Below are positions 1-7,390 of a stretch of DNA of 32,000 bases, one piece after another. The stretch is taken from the NCBI GenBank assembly GCA_036676455.1, contig JAKFCW010000047.1:69203-101202 (forward strand), in the 5' to 3' direction. The stretch is from Candidatus Sericytochromatia bacterium. Its GTDB lineage: Bacteria > Cyanobacteriota > Sericytochromatia > S15B-MN24 > UBA4093. Below the pieces are notes generated by a model, which searched no databases, was not told the origin of the DNA, and saw only the letters and a program-made list of their open reading frames with translations. Both the position numbers and the translations under genes were made by a program. Position 1 is the first letter of the stretch. Each line of letters opens with the position of its first letter.

Positions 1-107
1 GTGAGCAAGAGTATCAAGAGCCCCGCATAGAGCACGCCCCAGATCATGAGGGACGAGATCGAGCGCTGAAGGCTCTGGGTGATCAGCTGGGTTTCGGTGG
101 ACGACAT
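1..107 (-). CDS. hypothetical membrane protein, N-terminal part only (gene runs off the left edge)
   Basis: ATG at 107-105 is preceded by AAGGGAG (reverse complement of 113-119). My translation is MSSTETQLITQSLQRSISSLMIWGVLYAGLLILLL. Third codon positions are G/C-rich and the tail is hydrophobic. The ORF is too short to appear in the ORF track. Confidence 0.45.
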   Translation of the reverse strand, partial: MSSTETQLITQSLQRSISSLMIWGVLYAGLLILLL

Positions 108-315
108 CACGACTCCCTTGGAAATGACAGGCGAGCACTACCATTCTAGCAGACGGTCACAGGGATGCGGGCGGATAGTGGTGTTGATCGCGGGCATGGA
201 GGCCCGCGCCACAAACAGCTGCTTTAAGCACTCCAGTGGGGCGGGCCTCCGTGCCCGCCATGACCCTCATCACCTAATCACCAAAGATTGGGCTTGCATG
301 GAGGGCGGGAGGTGC

Positions 316-344
316 TTGCGCCCGAGCCGATCAACGCGTAGCAT
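316..344 (+). promoter_or_regulatory. candidate sigma70-type promoter for the TPR gene
   Basis: TTGCGC (316-321), a 17-nt spacer, then TAGCAT (339-344). AAGGAGGA follows at 362-369 and the ATG is at 374. Confidence 0.3.
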
Positions 345-373
345 GAGGCGCGATTGCGCTCAAGGAGGAACTC

Positions 374-979
374 ATGGCCCGTAAACCCCGTCACGCCCCC
401 CATTCCGATCCTGACTTCCTGCCGAAGCGGAAACGCTCGGCCATCGTGGGCGTGGGCGTCGGCATTCTCGCCGCGGGCCTCGTGCTCTCCTCGCTAGGCC
501 CCCTCGCGATGCTCTTCGAAGCTCCGCCGTCCCAGGAGTCGCCGCAAGATCATGCGGCTCACGCGGACGATGCCGCCGACCGCATCAAATCACTGGAAAC
601 CGCGGCCCAGGCCAATCCCCAGAACGCGGCGGGGCTCATTGCACTGGGCAACGCCTACTTCGACGCCGGCGAGTACCCGAAGGCCGGCGAGACGTATGCC
701 AAGGCCCTCGCGCTGGCGCCTTCGAACCCGGACGTGCGGGTGGACTTGGGCACCGCACTCTTTTACCAGGGCAAGGCGGACGAGGCGATCGCCGAGTACC
801 ACCGCGCGCTGCATGACGCCCCCCAGCATCTCAACGCCCACATGAACCTGGGCGTCGTCTACCGTGCCGCCGGGAACACGGCCGACGCGAAGGCCCACTG
901 GAACCAGGCGATGAGCCTGACGCAGGACCCCGAGGTCCAGAAGCGCCTCAAGGTGCTGCTCCAGTCGGTCGGCGGCTGA
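374..979 (+). CDS. membrane-anchored TPR-repeat protein
   Basis: 201-aa ORF with a strong RBS. It has an N-terminal TM segment (AIVGVGVGILAAGLVLSSLG). Three to four TPR-like units follow (LGNAYFDAGEYPKAGETYAKALALAPSN, LGTALFYQGKADEAIAEYHRAL, LGVVYRAAGNTADAKAHWNQAM). Confidence 0.85.
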   Translation: MARKPRHAPHSDPDFLPKRKRSAIVGVGVGILAAGLVLSSLGPLAMLFEAPPSQESPQDHAAHADDAADRIKSLETAAQANPQNAAGLIALGNAYFDAGEYPKAGETYAKALALAPSNPDVRVDLGTALFYQGKADEAIAEYHRALHDAPQHLNAHMNLGVVYRAAGNTADAKAHWNQAMSLTQDPEVQKRLKVLLQSVGG

Positions 980-996
980 CGTTCTTCAAAACTCAA

Positions 997-1040
997 ACGG
1001 TCCCTGCGAGCCGCCGAGGCGGGACTCGCAGGGACCGTTC
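997..1040. terminator. bidirectional stem-loop between convergent genes
   Basis: aacggtccctgcgag (997-1011) pairs perfectly with ctcgcagggaccgtt (1026-1040). It lies between the stop at 979 (+) and the stop at 1056 (-). Confidence 0.6.
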
Positions 1041-1055
1041 AGCTTGAAGGCGGGC

Positions 1056-1256
1056 TCAGGTCCGTTCCTGGGGAAGGACCACCCAGAGCACGAGGTAGAG
1101 CACCCACATCGGGCCGGGCAGCAGGCTCAGCAGCAGCCAGAGCACCCGCGCCAGCACCGGCGAGATGCCCATCCTGGCGGCGAGGCCGCCGCAGACTCCG
1201 GCGAGGACCTTGTGGTTACTCGATCGGACGAGACGACGCGTCGACGGTTGGCTCAT
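1056..1256 (-). CDS. PspC-domain membrane protein (single domain)
   Basis: 66-aa ORF. It carries RRLVRSSNHKVLAGVCGGLAARMGISPVLARVLWLL followed by a TM segment and VLWVVLP, which is the PspC-domain pattern. Its start overlaps the upstream ORF by 41 nt. Confidence 0.7.
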   Translation of the reverse strand: MSQPSTRRLVRSSNHKVLAGVCGGLAARMGISPVLARVLWLLLSLLPGPMWVLYLVLWVVLPQERT

Positions 1257-1704
1257 TCGTTTCTCCCGGGGGAAGGATCAGGGGGGCGGCGGGGTCGAGC
1301 GGCATGACCACCCAGGCGACCAGATACGCCAGGACAGCGGCGCCCCAGGTGAAGATGACCGCGGCCACCGCGGCCAGGCGGATCAGCGCCGGATCCACCT
1401 TGAAGGTCTCGGCGAGGCCGCCGCAGACTCCAGCGACCATGCGATCCGTCGTGGAGCGGTGAAGCCGGCTGACCGGTTTCGCGGCGACTCCGGCTTGGGC
1501 CGGGTTTTCGGGCACCAGGACCCACGCGGCCAGGTAGACCAGCACGAAGAGCCCACTGGTCAGGACGGCCAGCGTGACGAAGAGGATGCGAATCCAGACG
1601 GCATCCACCTTCAGGTACTCGGCCAGACCGGCGGCGACCCCGGCGATCATGCGATCGTTGATGGAGCGATAGAGACGACGAACGGGAAGGGGGGACGGGT
1701 TCAT
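1216..1704 (-). CDS. tandem PspC-domain membrane protein (two domains)
   Basis: 162-aa ORF with GGAGG upstream (reverse complement of about 1709-1713). The PspC pattern occurs twice: RRLYRSINDRMIAGVAAGLAEYLKVD...AAWVLVPE and SRLHRSTTDRMVAGVCGGLAETFKVD...VAWVVMPL. Confidence 0.85.
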   Translation of the reverse strand: MNPSPLPVRRLYRSINDRMIAGVAAGLAEYLKVDAVWIRILFVTLAVLTSGLFVLVYLAAWVLVPENPAQAGVAAKPVSRLHRSTTDRMVAGVCGGLAETFKVDPALIRLAAVAAVIFTWGAAVLAYLVAWVVMPLDPAAPLILPPGETNEPTVDASSRPIE

Positions 1705-1789
1705 GGCAACCTCCTGGGACGGCCTGCCGGAGCGGGCGAGACTCCCCTCGTGACGCCCCGATTCTAGCCCCGATCGCTTACAAAGACAA

Positions 1790-1823
1790 GGCGGCCGCGA
1801 CCCGTTCGCAGGTCGCGGCCGCC
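1790..1823 (-). terminator. stem-loop ending the Tad-like operon
   Basis: ggcggccgcgacc (1790-1802) pairs with ggtcgcggccgcc (1811-1823), just downstream of the minus-strand stop at 1837. On the minus strand it is followed by ttgtctttgt. Confidence 0.55.
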
Positions 1824-1836
1824 GCAGACGGCACGC

Positions 1837-2628
1837 CTAGAGGATGCCGATGGCGATCGCCATGCCGATGCCCGTTGCCAGGATCGCGAGGAATCGCCAG
1901 CCATCCCGGGAGCGCTTCTGGGCGAGAGCGCCACCTTGAAGCTCCAGGGCACAGGCGTGAAGGCTGCGCGCCAGCCCTTCGCGGTCGTCAGGCGCGGCCA
2001 TCACCGCCCCGATCACGCGGTGCATCTCCTGCGAGTCGCAGCGGCGCGCCAGCGAGACCAGGGCCTCGTTTCGGCCGCTCCCCAGGCGCGTGTCCTGGAG
2101 GTAGCGAAACCACTCGTCCTTGAGCTCTTTGCCCGAACGAATCCGGGCGCGGATGGCCATGCCGACCGCCGATTCGAACGGCATGCCGACCCAGAGGTAG
2201 CACGAGACCGTATCCACCCAGTCGGGCAATGCGCGGGAGATCCGGTCGCGACGACGCCTCGCCGCCCCTTCCAGGATGCTGCCGCCTAGCAGCCATGCCA
2301 GCGACGCGAGCGCCGTGCCGCCGACCATGCCCCAGAGCGCGCCCGAGCGATCGGCGATCCAGCCCGCGTAGGTCACCCCGAATACCCCCGCGCCGAGCAC
2401 GATGACCACCGACACCGGGCTGGGCCCCTTGGCGGCACCCAGTGCCCTCACGGCGTCGAGCAGCCAGAGCGAGGCGCCGGACCAGCCTCCCGACATCTGC
2501 AAGCTCTCCACCTCGCTGAGCATGGATAGCCGCCGGGCCACCGCCCGCCTCTTTCTCAGCGCCCCGACGCGCAGCATCATCAAGAGGACGAGGGTGCCGA
2601 GGACTCCCAATCCCAAAAGGACCGCCAT
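1837..2628 (-). CDS. T2SS-F-domain membrane protein, TadC-like, short and divergent
   Basis: 263-aa ORF with an N-terminal TM segment and a central TM cluster. The segment LPDWVDTVSCYLWVGMPFESAVGMAI...GRNEALVSLARRCDSQEMHRVIGAV resembles the T2SS-F (TadB/TadC) domain. There is a C-terminal TM segment. The gap to the upstream gene is 1 nt. Confidence 0.65.
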   Translation of the reverse strand: MAVLLGLGVLGTLVLLMMLRVGALRKRRAVARRLSMLSEVESLQMSGGWSGASLWLLDAVRALGAAKGPSPVSVVIVLGAGVFGVTYAGWIADRSGALWGMVGGTALASLAWLLGGSILEGAARRRRDRISRALPDWVDTVSCYLWVGMPFESAVGMAIRARIRSGKELKDEWFRYLQDTRLGSGRNEALVSLARRCDSQEMHRVIGAVMAAPDDREGLARSLHACALELQGGALAQKRSRDGWRFLAILATGIGMAIAIGIL

Positions 2629-2629
2629 C

Positions 2630-3325
2630 CTAGCCTCCTCCCCATGCGCCGTCCAGGACGCCTATCAAGCGACGCCGTCCATCCAGCAGCTCGGCGATCT
2701 GATCCAGGGCCGAAGCCAGGCGCTGGCCCTTTTGTGGATGGTACGCGATGGCCTTCGCCAGCATCTCCGTCTCGAGGATCGGAATCCGCGTCGCGAAGCG
2801 CTCCAGGGCTTGCTCCTCGGGAACGCCCCGCGCGACGTCCTGGCGCACGCGGCCGAACTGAGCCGCCACCGGCTGCATGCCGGATCGCTCGACGGCTTCG
2901 AGGGCCGTGAAGAACGAGTTGGTCGCTCTCAGCCGCTCGGCGAGAATCCGGACGGCCGCCGGAAGCTGCCTGCGGACCATGCGCATGCTCCAGCCTTTCC
3001 AGAGCAGGTCCCCGGTCCCGAGCACGAGCACGAAGCCTGAGACGGCGACGACCGCCGGCAGGAAGCCCCATGCGACCCAGGTCGGAACCAGCAGCAGGGC
3101 TCCCATCGTGGCGAGCCGGACGGCCTGCGGAACCCGTAGCTGGCGCTTGCGCGTGCGGGGCTTTCGCGCCCGCTTCTTGGGTTCCTCGACGGGAACCAGC
3201 GCTCCGCCGACGGTTTCCAGGCTATCGAGCCGGGACTTGACTCCCGACTTGCCGCGCGCGGGCCAGACGGCCAGGATGCCCAAGGCCACGCCCGTCACGG
3301 CGAGAAATAACAGCAAATAGGTCAT
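2630..3325 (-). CDS. T2SS-F-domain membrane protein, TadB-like, short and lacking the usual C-terminal TM segments
   Basis: 231-aa ORF with an N-terminal TM segment (LLLFLAVTGVALGILAV) and a central TM pair. A T2SS-F-like segment follows (LPAAVRILAERLRATNSFFTALEAVE...VPEEQALERFATRIPILETEMLAKAI). The protein ends right after this domain. Confidence 0.6.
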   Translation of the reverse strand: MTYLLLFLAVTGVALGILAVWPARGKSGVKSRLDSLETVGGALVPVEEPKKRARKPRTRKRQLRVPQAVRLATMGALLLVPTWVAWGFLPAVVAVSGFVLVLGTGDLLWKGWSMRMVRRQLPAAVRILAERLRATNSFFTALEAVERSGMQPVAAQFGRVRQDVARGVPEEQALERFATRIPILETEMLAKAIAYHPQKGQRLASALDQIAELLDGRRRLIGVLDGAWGGG

Positions 3326-3337
3326 GGCTAATCCCCG

Positions 3338-4480
3338 CTAGGCCCCGAAGCCGTTGGGGGCGGGGCCCCGGCGCAGCCAGTTGAGGAAGCCCTGCAAGGG
3401 CTGGGGCTGCAGGGTCATCAGAGCCATGGTCTGGCGGGACTCCCCCATGGCAGCCACCATGCGGGAAAGCTCGCGCGCCAGCGGTCCCCGGGGATCGGAC
3501 TGCAAGATCGGGATGCCCTGGTTGACGGCCGCGCGGACGCGCCCCGGATCGTGAGGCAGGGTGTAGTCGATCGGGCGCTTCAGGGTACGGGCGGCATCCT
3601 CGCGTGAGACCTCGGAGCGCTCGGCCCAGGCCACGAACTCGAAGCGCGAGGTGTCGATCCCTTGCTCTCTCAAGGAGGCCAGGTCCCGCTGGATGGCCCG
3701 CAGGTGGCTGAGATCCAGGTTGAGGGGAACGAAGACGCGATCGGCCTCGCGCAGCAGCGTCCGGTTGAGCTCGGTTTGCGACGGATGGGTGTCCGCGACG
3801 ATCCAGGCATCGCGCTGCTGCAGCCAGCCCAGGAGCTGCGCGAGGCGCTCGGGGGTCGTTGGAGCCTCGGAGGGCGTTGGCGCCATGAGCCGCACCCCGG
3901 TCGGGTGGGTGGCCAGGCAGGCGTCCAGGCGGTGTGGCGTGGTGACGCTCGAGAAGCCTTGCGGCTGGAGGTTGAGGAAGAGGTCCTGCTCGCCATGGGC
4001 CATGGCGGCGTCGAGGACGATCGTCTCGCGGGAGGTGCTGCGGGAGAGGGCGATCGCCAGGTTGGTCGCCAGCTGCGAGCGGCCGGAGCCTCCCTTGGGG
4101 CCGTAGACGACGATGAGCTTGCCCGAGCGGGGGCGCTCCGGCGGCTTCCGGGTCATCTCGGCGAGGATCCGCTCGAGCGACGTGTCGAGGTCAGCGAGGC
4201 TCGTCACCCCGTCTTTGCCCTCGGGGCCGTCCACCAGGAGCACGCGGGCCTCGGGGCATGCGGCCCGCAGGCCCTCCATCAAGGCGTCGGAACGCGCGCT
4301 CCAGGCCACGATCAGGAGATCGGGACGGCTCAGCGAGGCAAAGCCGATGGCCTCCTCGCCGAGGGCCTCACCGATCAGCGAAAAGCCGGAATGAGACCTG
4401 AGGCGAGGGCCCACGCTGCTCCAATCAGCCTGGTCGACGGGCGCCTGAGGGGAAGAGACCAGCAAGGTACGTAACATCAT
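3338..4480 (-). CDS. TadZ/CpaE-like ParA/MinD-family protein with an N-terminal pseudo-receiver domain
   Basis: I place the start at the ATG at 4480, which forms an ATGA overlap with the upstream stop (MMLRTLLVSS...). The P-loop region is LIVVYGPKGGSGRSQLATNLAIAL and the Walker-B-like segment is DAWIVADTHP. The N-terminal ~120 aa are receiver-like but lack an Asp at the acceptor position (PDLLIVAWSA). Confidence 0.8.
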   Translation of the reverse strand: MMLRTLLVSSPQAPVDQADWSSVGPRLRSHSGFSLIGEALGEEAIGFASLSRPDLLIVAWSARSDALMEGLRAACPEARVLLVDGPEGKDGVTSLADLDTSLERILAEMTRKPPERPRSGKLIVVYGPKGGSGRSQLATNLAIALSRSTSRETIVLDAAMAHGEQDLFLNLQPQGFSSVTTPHRLDACLATHPTGVRLMAPTPSEAPTTPERLAQLLGWLQQRDAWIVADTHPSQTELNRTLLREADRVFVPLNLDLSHLRAIQRDLASLREQGIDTSRFEFVAWAERSEVSREDAARTLKRPIDYTLPHDPGRVRAAVNQGIPILQSDPRGPLARELSRMVAAMGESRQTMALMTLQPQPLQGFLNWLRRGPAPNGFGA

Positions 4481-4818
4481 GATGCCGACGCTCCTTTTGA
4501 CGATTTGGCAGGGGCGGCGTCGATGATCTCGACCTTCAGGTCGGGCCCGTCCCATGAGAAGACGATCTGGCCGGGGCGGTCATGCGTGACCACCACGCGG
4601 CGCACGCTGCGGGGCGCCCCCGCAGGCAACACCTCCTGGCCCGGCAGGGGGGCCGCGACGGCCGGCAGGATCAGGGTCGCGGGATCCATTGCGGAGGAGG
4701 GTGCCGGGGGCTGCTGCTGGGTGGCGTAGAGGGCGCCGGTGGCGAGCAGGCCGCAGCACGCGGCGATCACGATCCGTTGCGGCGTGAGGTTACTGGTGAG
4801 GTTTCGCATGGCACTCAT
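4477..4818 (-). CDS. small membrane-anchored protein of unknown function, first gene of the Tad-like operon
   Basis: 113-aa ORF with GGGAGG upstream. It has one TM segment (IVIAACCGLLATGALY) followed by a Pro/Ala-rich region. It is translationally coupled (ATGA) to the TadZ-like gene. No family was recognised. Confidence 0.55.
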   Translation of the reverse strand: MSAMRNLTSNLTPQRIVIAACCGLLATGALYATQQQPPAPSSAMDPATLILPAVAAPLPGQEVLPAGAPRSVRRVVVTHDRPGQIVFSWDGPDLKVEIIDAAPAKSSKGASAS

Positions 4819-5005
4819 GGGGGGACCTCCCTTCGTTGCACGTATCTCCTTTATCCCGCCAGGGGCTTAAGGCGAGCTGTCGCGCATGTTTCGCGCAGAT
4901 GAATCCGTTGCTTGAGAGCGCGCTTCATACCCGAGTAACACCCGGGCCATTCGACCTCAACACCCCCTGGCTAAGCTGGAGGCGCCCTTTTGTAAAGGAG
5001 GACCC

Positions 5006-6115
5006 ATGACCATCCGCAGTCGAGTCGCCCTGGCGTTCGCGCTCCTCACCCCCCTGAGCGGCTGCTTCATGTGGCCCAGCACGAACGTGCAGCCGCCGGA
5101 CTGGGTCGAGCCCCCGGTCCAGGGCAGCACCTACACTCCGGGGCAACCCTCCCAGAACCCCGAGATCGAGATGTCCCGGCCCGGCTTGCAGGGCGGCACC
5201 TTCGCGGGCAGCGGAACCTCCGGCGCGGCCGACGGCGGCGCCACCGAGGCCCAGTTCCGCGAGCCCGAGGGACTCGTCATCGGCCCGGATGGCAGCCTCT
5301 ACGTCGCGGAGCCCTATGCCTACCGGATTCGCAAGGTCACGCCGGACGGCCGCGTCACCACGCTGGCCGGTGGCACGCTCGGCCGCGGTGACGGCAAGGG
5401 CGCCGGAGCCCAGTTCTTCGGGCCCAAGGACCTCGCTGTCGCGGCGAATGGCAACCTCTACGTCGTCGACTTCGATACGATCCGTCAGGTCACCCCGGAC
5501 GGCACCGTCACGACACTTAGCTTCCAGACCGCCGACGGCCCCTGGGATCCCGTCGAGCTGCTGGGAATCGCCCGCGCCACGGATGGCACCATGTACGTCT
5601 CCACGACCACCGGCATCGACCGGATCCAGGGCACCATGGCGAGCCGCTGGGTGGGCGCGGACGCCAAGGGGTTCCGCGACGGCAGCGGCACGGCGGCCTA
5701 CTTCAACCTTCCGCGCAAGCTGAGCCTCGACAGCCAGAACAACCTCTACGTCGCCGATTTCGGCAACCTGCGCATCCGCAAGGTCACCCCCTCGCGGCAG
5801 GTCACCACCGTCGCCGGCAACGGCATCCTGGGCTTCACCGACGGTGTGAGCAGCAAGTCGCGGTTGAACTTCCCGACGGGCCTCACGGTGGATAGCCAGG
5901 GCAACGTGCTCGTGGCCGACACCTACAATCACGCGATCCGGATGCTCTCGCCCGATGGCCATGTCACGACGCTGGCCGGCAACAACTACCCCGGCTTCGT
6001 GGAGGGTCCCGCGTCCTCGGTGCAGTTCAACCACCCGACCGACGTGGCCGTGGGAGGCGACGGTCGGATCTACGTGGCCGATCTCCAGAACCACCGGATC
6101 CGGGTTCTCCGCTAG
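5006..6115 (+). CDS. NHL-repeat (six-bladed beta-propeller type) lipoprotein
   Basis: 369-aa ORF with AAAGGAGGA upstream. The lipobox is LLTPLSGC. NHL-type units recur (LYVAEPYAYRIRKVTPDG, LYVADFGNLRIRKVTPS, VLVADTYNHAIRMLSPDG, IYVADLQNHRIRVL). Confidence 0.9.
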   Translation: MTIRSRVALAFALLTPLSGCFMWPSTNVQPPDWVEPPVQGSTYTPGQPSQNPEIEMSRPGLQGGTFAGSGTSGAADGGATEAQFREPEGLVIGPDGSLYVAEPYAYRIRKVTPDGRVTTLAGGTLGRGDGKGAGAQFFGPKDLAVAANGNLYVVDFDTIRQVTPDGTVTTLSFQTADGPWDPVELLGIARATDGTMYVSTTTGIDRIQGTMASRWVGADAKGFRDGSGTAAYFNLPRKLSLDSQNNLYVADFGNLRIRKVTPSRQVTTVAGNGILGFTDGVSSKSRLNFPTGLTVDSQGNVLVADTYNHAIRMLSPDGHVTTLAGNNYPGFVEGPASSVQFNHPTDVAVGGDGRIYVADLQNHRIRVLR

Positions 6116-6128
6116 CAAAGGAGTCGTC

Positions 6129-7304
6129 ATGCCGATCCGCAGCCTTTTCCTGGCCCTGTCGCTGACCCTGGTCGCCTGCAGCTCTCCGCCCTCGACGCCG
6201 GCTCCCACCCCGTCGGCCCCGGTGGCGACTCCGCCGGTCGTGAAGCCCGTCACGACGCCTCCGCCCGGCACGACTCCCGTCACCGCGAGCGATCCGTACG
6301 TCTGGACGGTCGCGGGCAACGGAACGGCCGGCTTCCTCGATGCCGAGGAAGGCCACCTGGGCATGCTCCATGCGCCGACCGGCATGGTCGTCATTCGGGG
6401 CGACACCTACATCGCGGACTCCGCCAACCACAAGATTCGCCGCCTGACCTACGACGGTGTGCTCGAGACCGCGGTGGGCACGGGAGAGCGCGGCAACAAC
6501 GGGGATGGCACGAACGGTCCCATGCTCAAGCTCGATACGCCGTTCAAGGTGACGGCCGACGAGGCCACCGGCAACGTCTTCTTCAGCGAGCTGGGCGGCA
6601 ACCTGATCCGCTGCATCGACATCTCCCGGCGGATCATCACGATCGCCGGCGGCGGCGATTACCTGCCCGATGCCGGCACGTCCATGCGTGGCGTCTACGT
6701 GCAGCTCTCGGAACCGGCGGGACTTTCCTTCGATTCGGCCGGCGAACTCTACGTCGCCGAGCGAGGCGGCCACCGGATCCTGCGGATTTCCACCGACTGG
6801 ATGGTGACGGTGGTGGCCGGCAACGGCGTCCCGGGCTTCGCGGGCGACGACGGCCAGGCGCTGGACGCCGAGTTCCGGCAGCCCACGGACGTCTTCGTGG
6901 ACGATCAGGACAACCTCTACGTGGCCGACACTGGCAACCATCGGATCCGCCGCATCGGCTCGGACGGCACGGTCACGACCGTGGCGGGCACGGGCGTCGC
7001 GGGGGGCGAGGGGGATGGGGGGCTCGCCACGGAGGCCCAGCTGAACCACCCGACCGGAGTCACGATCGACGCCTTCGGCAACCTCTACATCGCGGACTCG
7101 GGCAACCACCGGATCCGGCAGGTGCAGCCCGACGGGACCATCGTCACGATCGCGGGCTCCATCTTCGGCGGGTACGGCGGAGACGGGGAATTGCCGTCCC
7201 AGGCGCAGTTCAACATCCCCTACGGCGTGGCCGTGGCTCCGGGCGGGGTGCTGCTGGTGGCCGATCGCGACAACCACCGCCTGCGGCAGTTCATGCTACC
7301 CTAG
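6129..7304 (+). CDS. NHL-repeat lipoprotein, paralogue of the upstream gene
   Basis: I use the internal start at 6129 (MPIRSLFLALSLTLVACSS, lipobox LVAC), preceded by AAAGGAG at 6117-6123. A Pro/Thr-rich linker precedes the NHL units (YIADSANHKIRRL, LYVAERGGHRILRI, LYVADTGNHRIRRI, LYIADSGNHRIRQV, LLVADRDNHRLRQF). Confidence 0.9.
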   Translation: MPIRSLFLALSLTLVACSSPPSTPAPTPSAPVATPPVVKPVTTPPPGTTPVTASDPYVWTVAGNGTAGFLDAEEGHLGMLHAPTGMVVIRGDTYIADSANHKIRRLTYDGVLETAVGTGERGNNGDGTNGPMLKLDTPFKVTADEATGNVFFSELGGNLIRCIDISRRIITIAGGGDYLPDAGTSMRGVYVQLSEPAGLSFDSAGELYVAERGGHRILRISTDWMVTVVAGNGVPGFAGDDGQALDAEFRQPTDVFVDDQDNLYVADTGNHRIRRIGSDGTVTTVAGTGVAGGEGDGGLATEAQLNHPTGVTIDAFGNLYIADSGNHRIRQVQPDGTIVTIAGSIFGGYGGDGELPSQAQFNIPYGVAVAPGGVLLVADRDNHRLRQFMLP

Positions 7305-7312
7305 CCAAGCCC

Positions 7313-7357
7313 CTCAAGCGAAAGCCCCGCTCGTGATGAGCGGGGCTTTCGCTTGAG
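7313..7357. terminator. bidirectional stem-loop between convergent genes
   Basis: ctcaagcgaaagccccgctc (7313-7332) pairs perfectly with gagcggggctttcgcttgag (7338-7357) around a 5-nt loop. Confidence 0.7.
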
Positions 7358-7390
7358 GACGAGCGCTGAGGCTCGCTTGGAAGCACCAGG

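Noticed and set aside
240-260. GC-rich hairpin ggcgggc-ctccgt-gcccgcc in the 5' intergenic region, considered as a terminator or small RNA
   Set aside because: No U-tract follows on either strand and no upstream gene ends here. It is probably incidental secondary structure in a divergent promoter region.
4477-4818. Annotating the 113-aa protein as CpaB/RcpC
   Set aside because: Position and membrane anchoring fit. However, the protein is less than half the usual length, and I cannot see a SAF-domain pattern. I left it as hypothetical.
5955-6128. N-terminal extension of the second NHL ORF (track start at 5955), and similar long 5' extensions at 4555, 17197, 18116, 19593, 22908, 26566, 26519, 29963 and 31444
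   Set aside because: The extensions overlap the upstream genes and encode Arg/Pro-rich junk. In each case the internal start gives a proper signal peptide or conserved N-terminus, usually with an RBS or an ATGA/GTGA coupling.
4925-6406. 493-aa minus-strand ORF, and the 416-aa ORF at 6027-7277, lying antisense to the NHL genes
   Set aside because: The composition is Arg/Gly/Ala/Val-rich and low in complexity, as expected from off-frame or antisense reading of high-GC DNA. There is no signal, motif or RBS. The plus-strand frames carry clear lipoboxes and repeated NHL units.
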